Source: a virus (taxonomy: Duplodnaviria > Heunggongvirae > Uroviricota > Caudoviricetes). From it: a DNA stretch of 15,016 nucleotides. The first letter of the stretch is position 1; each line of letters opens with the position of its first letter. Both the position numbers and the translations under genes were made by a program. Below the pieces are notes generated by a model, which had not been told where the DNA came from, made no database searches, and saw only the letters and a list, made by a program, of their open reading frames with translations. Location of the stretch: IMG/VR virus record IMGVR_UViG_3300025066_000017; one strand, written 5' to 3'. Of this stretch, positions 7,362 to 14,949 are shown piece after piece.

Positions 7362-7808
7362 TCAAATTCGGCCACACATACTTGGAAGCCTTACTAGTTT
7401 AATCCAAAACTCTGAAAAAGTTTCTATTACCTCCATGAAATCAACAACAGAAACAGGTTTTCTTAAAAAAGCATTTGCATGTAATTTATAGCTTTTTATA
7501 ACATCTTCGTCCGCACTTGATGATGTTAGAACTATGATTGGGATCATTTTAAATTCTGGATCTTGCTTTACGATTTGAAGAAATTCAAAGCCATTCATTA
7601 TTGGCATATTGATATCGAGAAGAATTATATCAGGGAGGCAACTCTCTCCCTTTTTCTTCATTAGTATATCAATGCCTTCTTGTCCATCTCTCGCGATCAA
7701 TATGTTGTTTTTTATCTTTCTTTGAAAAGATGTCTCTATAAAGAAAACATCATCCTCATCATCATCTATGAGTAATATCTCTATTTCTTTGCTTGCTTCT
7801 TCTTGCAT
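7362..7808 (-). CDS. Single-domain response regulator, canonical Rcp1-like receiver
   Basis: ILLIDDD, IILLDINMP, IPIIVLTSS, ANAFLRKP and FW..LV.LP; all catalytic and switch residues are intact. Confidence 0.95.
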   Translation of the reverse strand: MQEEASKEIEILLIDDDEDDVFFIETSFQRKIKNNILIARDGQEGIDILMKKKGESCLPDIILLDINMPIMNGFEFLQIVKQDPEFKMIPIIVLTSSSADEDVIKSYKLHANAFLRKPVSVVDFMEVIETFSEFWIKLVRLPSMCGRI

Positions 7809-7877
7809 TCTTTTCTTCTTATCTCTGTCTCGTCTCTTTTTCTATATTAGAAACAAGAATTAAGGGGTTTATAAGTC

Positions 7878-8249
7878 ATGGAAACGAGTCGTGTCATTAC
7901 TGTGCGATCTAAGCTAAATCGTCCCATCGATGTATTAATAGTTCTAGATAGTCTCCGAAAAAGCAAGGAACCTGTACATAGATCTCAAATATTGGATCAG
8001 GTTACAGAGAGTGCTTTTTATTATTCTTTTTACTCCGGGTATGTTTCGTATAAACACGAAGAAAACAAAAAGGGCATCCTTCTTCTCATTTCCCCCAAAG
8101 ACCCTATTGTCGGTTTTGTAAATCAAGGATGGTTTGCGCTTCTAGAATATAAATCGCTAACTGCCCAATGTCCCGACATCGAGAAGATAGAAGAACATTT
8201 TGGAATACCCACAGGTGGCATAAAATCTTTAGAGTCTAAAGATTGCTAG
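7878..8249 (+). CDS. Hypothetical protein
   Basis: 123-aa ATG ORF, AAGGGG upstream, fills the gap between flanking genes; no recognisable motif. Confidence 0.65.
   Translation: METSRVITVRSKLNRPIDVLIVLDSLRKSKEPVHRSQILDQVTESAFYYSFYSGYVSYKHEENKKGILLLISPKDPIVGFVNQGWFALLEYKSLTAQCPDIEKIEEHFGIPTGGIKSLESKDC
8224..8244. promoter_or_regulatory. Dispersed palindrome copy 2: AATCTTTAGA-G-TCTAAAGATT
   Basis: Perfect 10-bp arms. Overlaps the last codons of 7878-8249 and ends 15 nt before GTG 8260. Confidence 0.75.
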
Positions 8250-8259
8250 GAGTCGAATT

Positions 8260-8532
8260 GTGCGCTTATTAAGCAAAAAAGAATCAAGAGCAGAAAGAAT
8301 ATTTTTGGATCTAGTAGGACAATGTATTTGGGAGACAATCGGATCAAGCCGAATAAGGTCTCTATATGACTCATATGCCAAACAATGTCTGGCTTTGGGA
8401 AAAGAAATTCCAGATAAATATTTGCCTGGAAGACTAATTCTACGCCTGTCTTCCAATGATAGATTGGCTCTACAAAGTCTAAGATCATCACACATACAGC
8501 ATCGAGATGCTCGTTACTGGGGGAAACTATAA
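8260..8532 (+). CDS. Hypothetical protein
   Basis: GTG start with AGGAG 7 nt upstream; its stop overlaps the next start (TAATG). Confidence 0.7.
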   Translation: MRLLSKKESRAERIFLDLVGQCIWETIGSSRIRSLYDSYAKQCLALGKEIPDKYLPGRLILRLSSNDRLALQSLRSSHIQHRDARYWGKL

Positions 8533-9371
8533 TGGGAAAACGATTCGAACAATGTCCCGAATGCAATAAGAAAGGTTTATATGTATCCAATGGCTATCCC
8601 TACTTTGGGGATGGAAGTAAGACTTGTCGATATTGTCAACATATAATTCTATCATCCGAACATCTTGCTAAGAAAGAACAGCAGCGCATCGACAGAGAGA
8701 AGGCGATGGCTTGGCTTAAACAAAAAGAACGCAACTTTGAAGCCCTCGAGAAAGCACTACACCCCGAACGAGAAACATTCTCCAACCTAAGAGAAACACA
8801 TCCCCACTTCTTCCCCAATAACCCAAAAACTTGTTTTGAATCCATCGATAAATTTCCTGTCGCAAGATATGCAATCGATGTCTCATGGGAATATTTGAGA
8901 CAGTCCATCCAAACATTAACAGGAGATGGATGGTTCCCACTTGAAATGAACCCTCCCTATCAGCGCGGCTATGTTTGGACGGTAGAGCAAAAGATTGCTT
9001 TTGTTGAGTTTCAATTGCGGGATGGTGTCGGCGGCGACCAAATTTATTGGAACTGCAGGGACTGGGACAAAAGGGGTCAAGAAGGGACAAGTAGCCCTCT
9101 GGAGATTGTTGATGGGAAACAGAGACTCATGGCTGTGCTAGACTTTTTAGATGGCCATATTCCTGCTTTTGGCTCCTACTTCAGTGAGTATGAGGGACGT
9201 TTGGGAATGATTACCCCAAAGTTTAGAATGAATGTAAACAACCTCGAAACAGAGCTAGAAGTTGTGCAATGGTATCTCGCGATGAACACGGGCGGAAGCA
9301 TACACACTGCCAAGGATCTTGCACCCGCGCTCGAATTACTGCAAAGTCTACAAAACGGGGAATTCTTTTAG
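8532..9371 (+). CDS. Zn-ribbon plus DUF262 (ParB/sulfiredoxin-like, GmrS-type) domain protein
   Basis: N-terminal CPEC...CRYC. DUF262 motifs NPPYQRGYVW, IVDGKQRL and MNTGGSIHT. No HNH/DUF1524 nuclease domain is seen. Confidence 0.85.
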   Translation: MGKRFEQCPECNKKGLYVSNGYPYFGDGSKTCRYCQHIILSSEHLAKKEQQRIDREKAMAWLKQKERNFEALEKALHPERETFSNLRETHPHFFPNNPKTCFESIDKFPVARYAIDVSWEYLRQSIQTLTGDGWFPLEMNPPYQRGYVWTVEQKIAFVEFQLRDGVGGDQIYWNCRDWDKRGQEGTSSPLEIVDGKQRLMAVLDFLDGHIPAFGSYFSEYEGRLGMITPKFRMNVNNLETELEVVQWYLAMNTGGSIHTAKDLAPALELLQSLQNGEFF

Positions 9372-9426
9372 AAGCATAGATAGCTTCTATTTGCAATAAT
9401 TGCAGTAACTCTTTGGTATTGGTGAT

Positions 9427-9861
9427 ATGAGTATGATTTTGCGAGATATTCCATTCTATCTTCCTTTCCATTCCGAAGAAATAGAAGAAGTCCACCCAGA
9501 GTATGAGTGGAGGCTTCTCAATGAACCGCAAACAGAAATTTTCACAGGACAATTCCTTGTGATGTTTCATGCGGAAATTGCGGCCACAAGTAAGAAAACC
9601 CTCATAGAAGTAGCGCTGGCAACAAACATAGAAAACATAATAGAAGGCTCCGCAAGAAGATGGATGTCCACACTTAGAGGTGAACCAGACCATGGCGTAT
9701 TTCAAACAATAGTTCTCATGACATCCGTAGAACTCGACTCCCAACCCATCTGCGCTACTATGCGACACCTCGAATATCATAACGAACCAAGCCCTATATA
9801 TTTCGGCAGAAGATCCATTCTCGTCATTCCTCTCGTGGATTACACGATGGAACCAATGTAG
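9427..9861 (+). CDS. Hypothetical protein
   Basis: 144-aa ATG ORF, GGTG upstream, co-directional with its neighbours; no recognisable motif. Confidence 0.7.
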   Translation: MSMILRDIPFYLPFHSEEIEEVHPEYEWRLLNEPQTEIFTGQFLVMFHAEIAATSKKTLIEVALATNIENIIEGSARRWMSTLRGEPDHGVFQTIVLMTSVELDSQPICATMRHLEYHNEPSPIYFGRRSILVIPLVDYTMEPM

Positions 9862-9886
9862 AAAATCTTTAGAATCTAAAGATTTT
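9862..9886. promoter_or_regulatory. Dispersed palindrome copy 3: AAAATCTTTAGA-A-TCTAAAGATTTT
   Basis: Perfect 12-bp arms, starting immediately after the TAG stop at 9859-9861 and heading an AT-rich intergenic region. Confidence 0.75.
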
Positions 9887-10046
9887 TCAATCGAAAACTC
9901 ATATCATTTATATATCCATTCTCTATTGTAAAAATATGATTCCTGTTTTTACGTAAATGCTTTCGTTCCTTTCTTAGCGAATTCGTTACTAGGACAAGTG
10001 AACTTATGTCCTCTTGCGCCCTCTCTTTAATAAAAAAGGAAGAACC

Positions 10047-10520
10047 ATGGAAGACACCTTCACAAGCACCGAATCAGAAGCAATGCTTCTCAAAATCCCT
10101 TTTCTTTCCGAAAAGATCTTTGTTACAGAAGTCATCAAAGCGGCCAAAAAACTTGGAAACGCTATCATCGACGAAGGACTCATTCTCTTCTTTATTCGAC
10201 CACAAATACCAAGACCCGACACTCACATCGGACTCTACGGATCCAAGGATCTTGCACTCGACCAATACGAAACCTTCACCCGAAAAAGCAAACAAAACAT
10301 CTTGTCCGTAGCCATCGTTTCTAAAGCCCCCGAACAAATATCGGAAAATACATTTCATATTTGGATTCAACTCGGCAACACACGAAAAGAATTCATCGTC
10401 TACCGCGAAAAATCCATAAACGACCAAGATGAAGAACAACCCGAATTGTCATTTTCAATCGGCGAAGTGAGCAAAGGCCACGAAACCAACCCCCCTGCTC
10501 CTCTACACAGATACCTCTAA
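10047..10520 (+). CDS. Hypothetical protein
   Basis: ATG at 10047 preceded by AAAAAGGAAGAACC, in frame with track ORF 10014-10520. Confidence 0.75.
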   Translation: MEDTFTSTESEAMLLKIPFLSEKIFVTEVIKAAKKLGNAIIDEGLILFFIRPQIPRPDTHIGLYGSKDLALDQYETFTRKSKQNILSVAIVSKAPEQISENTFHIWIQLGNTRKEFIVYREKSINDQDEEQPELSFSIGEVSKGHETNPPAPLHRYL

Positions 10521-10563
10521 ATTTATCCCCATAAAAAAAACCACATAACTAGAGGATATCTTC

Positions 10564-11202
10564 GTGCGCAAAGACTCAACCACACAATACAGACACGTTC
10601 ACAATAATCTCTATGGACAAACCGGCAAAACCAGAATCCCATCCCATTTCATAACTGCATGGGGAGAAACAAAAACCTTTCAAGAATGGATCGAAGATCC
10701 AAGATGCAAACCAGACAAAATATCACTTCTATACGATCGAATAATAAACCGAAATGTCTCACCCGAAGAAGCAATATCAACTCCTCCCGACACAACAAGA
10801 TCTCCTTTGATTTTTAGCTTGTGGGGAGAAACCAAAACTATCCGCGAATGGTCCGAAGACCTAAGATGTCTTGTTAAATACTCGTGTCTGTACTCAAGAA
10901 TTGCCATAGGCAAGTGGGATTTTGAAACCGCGATTACCACCCCTGTTGGAGCAAGACGAAAGAAAAAGAAAGTCAGAAGATATCGAGAAATAAAGCGCAA
11001 AACATTATTTTCTCTATGGGGTGAAACAAAAATGATAAGCGAGTGGGCTCGTGACTCCCGATGCCTTGTGACTGTCAAAACTATACGCAGACGCCTGCGA
11101 CTTGGGTGGCCTCTCATCTTTGCCACCACAACACCTCCTCATCACTCCATCACTACAGAACTTCCGCATCCTATCAATCATTGGCCTGACACAGAGACTT
11201 AA
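10564..11202 (+). CDS. Putative DNA-binding protein with three tandem WGETK..EW..D.RC modules (resembling the C-terminal DNA-binding region of phage HNH endonucleases)
   Basis: TAWGETKTFQEWIEDPRC...ISTP, SLWGETKTIREWSEDLRC...ITTP and SLWGETKMISEWARDSRC...GW...TTTP. GTG start with AGAGGA RBS. No HNH catalytic motif is seen. Confidence 0.75.
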   Translation: MRKDSTTQYRHVHNNLYGQTGKTRIPSHFITAWGETKTFQEWIEDPRCKPDKISLLYDRIINRNVSPEEAISTPPDTTRSPLIFSLWGETKTIREWSEDLRCLVKYSCLYSRIAIGKWDFETAITTPVGARRKKKKVRRYREIKRKTLFSLWGETKMISEWARDSRCLVTVKTIRRRLRLGWPLIFATTTPPHHSITTELPHPINHWPDTET

Positions 11203-11238
11203 GGCATTGACCAACTAAACACTAAGAGGAATATCTAG

Positions 11239-12141
11239 ATGAAAAAGAAACGAATCTTTTTAACCAAAAAGTTTCTGGAGAAAAAAGGAATACAACCTCT
11301 TACCATTACCAGAATATTCCAAGCCGCAGGCAAAGAAGAACAAGAAAGATTCCGACTACCCAACACACCTGAAGAATGGTTGGCATACCTCAAAGCTGCA
11401 GCCTCCCTCGGACGACCGCGGCTTTGTTCTGTGTTTAAAAAACTGGAAATCCCGGTCGATCTATCGGGGATTCTTTTTTATGAAGAACTCAATAAAGATG
11501 ACCCCGAAATCCAAGCCTTCGATGGTGCCATTCTCGATAACGCATCATTCTGGAGAATGAACCTCACACACCGCTCATTCCTGGGTTGCAAGGGGAAAGG
11601 AACAAACTTCACAGAGGCCAACCTGAGCCACGGGAATATGAGTGATTCGGTCTTCGAGGAAGCCGACTTCTTAATGACCCAAATGGTCGACATTCATCTA
11701 AACCACTGTAGGTTCATCGCATGTAACTTTATGGAGGCGCGACTTGAAGAAGCGCTTGTCTATGGTTCTTCTTTCCCCAAGTCGTATATGTTCCGAACAG
11801 ACTTCCGCTACGCCCTTCTTCAAAAAACATCCTTTCAAACAAGTCTGTCTCTTTCCGAAGCCATCTTCGGTCAAGCCAATCTAAAAGAAACAGGACTGCT
11901 TGTTGCCTGCATCTCTGGGCGAGCCGTTCTCTGTACGCCAGACAGACTTCACATCGGATGCAACTCCGAAAAGCATGAGTACTGGCAATCTCTAACCCCA
12001 GAAGAAGTCGAAGACTATTACTCACATCTCGGTGGACACCAACTATGGCCTCACCGAGAACTCTTCTATCAAATCATGGAATACTGTCGAAATATCGGAT
12101 GGCCCGAACCCATGATGAAGAAAAAGGAAGAAACCACATGA
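11239..12141 (+). CDS. Pentapeptide-repeat protein (phage type, with a C-terminal IGC-containing domain)
   Basis: About 20 or more 5-residue units (AILDN ASFWR MNLTH ... TNFTE ANLSH ... ADFLM ... TDFRY ... ANLKE), C-terminal DRLHIGC...EYW; AGAGGA RBS. Confidence 0.88.
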   Translation: MKKKRIFLTKKFLEKKGIQPLTITRIFQAAGKEEQERFRLPNTPEEWLAYLKAAASLGRPRLCSVFKKLEIPVDLSGILFYEELNKDDPEIQAFDGAILDNASFWRMNLTHRSFLGCKGKGTNFTEANLSHGNMSDSVFEEADFLMTQMVDIHLNHCRFIACNFMEARLEEALVYGSSFPKSYMFRTDFRYALLQKTSFQTSLSLSEAIFGQANLKETGLLVACISGRAVLCTPDRLHIGCNSEKHEYWQSLTPEEVEDYYSHLGGHQLWPHRELFYQIMEYCRNIGWPEPMMKKKEETT

Positions 12142-12557
12142 CAACGGAATGGAAAGACACAGAATACCCCCACGTATGGGGAGTCGCAACACTCACAATC
12201 GCAGGAGCAAAGCGCATCGGATACCCAGAACTCACAGGCTCCCCGGTCATCTTTGCTAGAATTATAGAAAGTATTGAAACATACGAAGATGGGACAACCA
12301 GGACCCACTACTCCATCCATAATATCGTTGGAGAGTCCGGAGAAACACTCGCCCGTAATCTCAGTATCGATGTTCCCGAAGACTATGAGCTACTCCCAAG
12401 AGGATACTTTTCCTGCCTCACACCCATCTACATCTTTTGGGACTTCATCAACGAGAAAAAAGGATGTGCCCCCTTTACTCCTCCCCCCTCTTGGAACATC
12501 ACCCCCAACACCCCACCTTTCGATGAATACATAAAAATGACCCCACGCTTCTCCTAA
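12138..12557 (+). CDS. Hypothetical protein
   Basis: ATG 12138 overlaps the previous stop (ATGA), AAGGA RBS, in frame with track ORF 12045-12557. Confidence 0.75.
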   Translation: MTTEWKDTEYPHVWGVATLTIAGAKRIGYPELTGSPVIFARIIESIETYEDGTTRTHYSIHNIVGESGETLARNLSIDVPEDYELLPRGYFSCLTPIYIFWDFINEKKGCAPFTPPPSWNITPNTPPFDEYIKMTPRFS

Positions 12558-12592
12558 TCTCTCGACAATATACTGGAGCCACCACAATACCA

Positions 12593-13261
12593 ATGAAACC
12601 ACTCGACTTCTTCCACGACTTCGAACTCCCCGGCGAATGGGGAGATCCCCAATACCAAAACAACGTACACCGAAAGTGCGGCACCTGCTCCCTCTGCTGC
12701 CACCATCCATCCATCAAAGAAAATATAGTATGCGACACCATCCAAAATGCCCCCAACCTCTCTGATACCAAGAAAGAAGAAATTACATCCCAACTCTTCC
12801 CCTCCAACCAAGTTGACGATTTCGTAAAACCACCCTTCTCCCCATGCCCACACTTCTCCGGTGACCACTCCTCCTGCGAAGGATGCACTGTCTACGAAAA
12901 TAGACCACAATCCTGCTCCACATACCTGTGTGGATGGCTCCTCTTCCCCAGCGTTTTTCGCAAATCTTCTTCTCGACCCGATAAAACAAAATTTCTCACA
13001 TCCATCGGATTCCTCGAACTAGCACAAGAAAATAGCACAGAAATATTCAGACTCATGTGCATCGAAATACATACAGAAGACACACAACACCTACAAACAA
13101 GACAAGCCCAAAAAACCATTCAACGACTCATTAAGAAATTCAACTACCCCATCGTCATATACACACCACAACATGACACCATCCCCCAATTCTTTCTCAA
13201 CGCCGATACTCATCTCTCCGAAATTCTCACCACCCACGGCTCACAAGCATTCCCACAGTAA
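12593..13261 (+). CDS. YkgJ-like cysteine-cluster (CxxCxxCC) protein, putative Zn or Fe-S binding
   Basis: CGTCSLCC, then KP...CPH...GCTVYENRPQSCSTYLCGWL...RPD. Confidence 0.85.
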   Translation: MKPLDFFHDFELPGEWGDPQYQNNVHRKCGTCSLCCHHPSIKENIVCDTIQNAPNLSDTKKEEITSQLFPSNQVDDFVKPPFSPCPHFSGDHSSCEGCTVYENRPQSCSTYLCGWLLFPSVFRKSSSRPDKTKFLTSIGFLELAQENSTEIFRLMCIEIHTEDTQHLQTRQAQKTIQRLIKKFNYPIVIYTPQHDTIPQFFLNADTHLSEILTTHGSQAFPQ

Positions 13262-13280
13262 TCTTTAGACTCTAAAGATT
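13260..13280. promoter_or_regulatory. Dispersed palindrome copy 4: AATCTTTAGA-C-TCTAAAGATT
   Basis: Perfect 10-bp arms. Overlaps the TAA stop (13259-13261) and ends 22 nt before ATG 13303. Confidence 0.75.
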
Positions 13281-13302
13281 TATAACATAGCAAAACAGGA
13301 CA

Positions 13303-14133
13303 ATGGCCATGACACTCACCAGAAGAGACAATCAATATATCCTCGACATCTCTAAGGGACTCTCCCCACCCTACTCATATAACCCATTCGAAATACCCCA
13401 AGACCACATCATCAACGAAAAAACAGGAACCACTTTCGCCTACAAATTCTTTGCACCATCCCATCTTCGCAGTGACACATTTCAATCTTCTCTTCTATCC
13501 GCTCCTCCCAACGTCCACAGTGATACCGATGAATCAAACGAATCTCTCCAGTATCTATACTCCACCCTCTCTCGATATTCCCTGCAGTCCTACTCCACCA
13601 CATACAGCCTTAGTCAACCGACCGTCGCCACCGACAAGCCCCCCTTATTCGCCTTCACTACCCCCATCGCTGCCGCCTACTCCTTCCCCCCAACCACCCT
13701 CTATCGAGATAAATCAATCCACTCCTGGACACACACAAAACAACTCTGGAAAGTCCAAGTCAAACTCTCCCAACTCCTCCCCACCGCTACCGCAGTCAAT
13801 GCCTACGTAAGCGACCTCGACGCATTCTGGTCTGCTCTACATGCCATCTTTAATGAACCTCCATACGCAGAGAAATACATTCGTCCATCTCAATCGACAC
13901 GTCTATCTAAAACAGATGTAGAAAATCCCCTAGACCTTTTCCCCATCATTACATCTCAGGAAGGCATCGCACTCCTCGACCTCCAACGAAATAGAGCATC
14001 CCAATTCAATCAAACACCCTACACCATATCCCCACTACCCGGCACTCTCTTTTGCCACTCCGTCGAACTCATCGAACCTCTACACAACCCATATCACCCC
14101 GACTCAAATAACCCCACACTATCCCCCCAGTGA
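13303..14133 (+). CDS. Hypothetical protein, paralog 1 of a tandem pair
   Basis: AGGA RBS. Shares YNP...IP..HII...G...AYK, PPLFAFTTPIAA, KQLW.V..KLS.LLPTA, PGT.FC and HNPYHP with the downstream gene. Confidence 0.82.
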   Translation: MAMTLTRRDNQYILDISKGLSPPYSYNPFEIPQDHIINEKTGTTFAYKFFAPSHLRSDTFQSSLLSAPPNVHSDTDESNESLQYLYSTLSRYSLQSYSTTYSLSQPTVATDKPPLFAFTTPIAAAYSFPPTTLYRDKSIHSWTHTKQLWKVQVKLSQLLPTATAVNAYVSDLDAFWSALHAIFNEPPYAEKYIRPSQSTRLSKTDVENPLDLFPIITSQEGIALLDLQRNRASQFNQTPYTISPLPGTLFCHSVELIEPLHNPYHPDSNNPTLSPQ

Positions 14134-14947
14134 GAACCATCATGACAAAACATGAAAGCAAAAATAGGGATCTTCACAAGTTCCTCTTCCTCTTCCAGTT
14201 CCCATTCTCCCAAAAGAACCCATACAATCCACAGCCCTACTATATTCCTGAACATCACATCATTGATCCACAAGAAGGCATCATCTACGCCTACAAACTA
14301 CTCCATACACGTTACCCAGAAACTCAAAACAAAACATTCACATCATCCCATGTCGAAAACGAAAAACGATTGGGACGACAACTCTCCAGCTACTATGATA
14401 CATTTTCTGGTACCAGAAGCCCCATCTTATCCTTTCCCATATCCTACCAAGCAATGTACTCACCCAATACAAAAACCACCCCACCCCACACCAACGCCCC
14501 CCCCTCTTTGCCTTCACCACACCTATAGCCGCTGGAGTCTTTTCACCCCCTACTGCTGTAGTCTTTTCTGAACCTTTCTGCGGCAATCTCTTTTCTTGGT
14601 CTATATACAAACAACTATGGCTCGTAAAAGCTAAACTTTCATCGCTCCTACCCACCGCCGCATCCATATATATATCTTCAGAGAAGATACGAAAGTTCTG
14701 GAACAGAGTCACTACCGAAGGAGCCTACCCAAGCTTTAAGGCAAACTCCGGAAACTTACCACCTATATCCATCATACCCACCACCTACCTCGAAGCCACT
14801 ACGACCCCTCCCGGCACTATCTTCTGCGACGAAATTACACCCATCTGCCCCATACACAACCCCTACCATCCACAATCCCTCTTTCCCACCATACCCGAAC
14901 AAACACATCCCGAACGCATCATCGAAACAATGTCCATCCCCATCTAA
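14130..14947 (+). pseudogene. Paralog 2, split by a single-base frameshift at or near the C8 tract 14497-14504 (phase-variable gene, pseudogene or sequencing error)
   Basis: The first frame (start GTG 14130 or ATG 14142) matches paralog 1 up to about SYQAMYS...NAPP. The matching C-terminal half (PPLFAFTTPIAAG...KQLWLVKAKLSSLLPTA...PPGTIFC...HNPYHP) continues in the -1 frame to TAA 14945-14947. One extra C would join them. Confidence 0.85.
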
Positions 14948-14949
14948 AC

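Noticed and set aside
7303-7377. 25-aa N-terminal extension of the kinase (GTG 7377)
   Set aside because: It overlaps the receiver gene and adds no domain sequence; ATG 7302 has a plausible RBS. ATG 7335 is not excluded.
8229-9780. Minus-strand ORFs 8229-8495, 8246-8590, 8636-8908, 8716-9090 and 9223-9780
   Set aside because: They are antisense to coupled plus-strand genes, including the motif-bearing DUF262 gene, and show no motifs of their own.
10004-14712. Other minus-strand and alternate-frame ORFs over the right-hand gene run
   Set aside because: They are shadows of RBS-supported plus-strand genes; the G-rich minus strand is depleted of stops.
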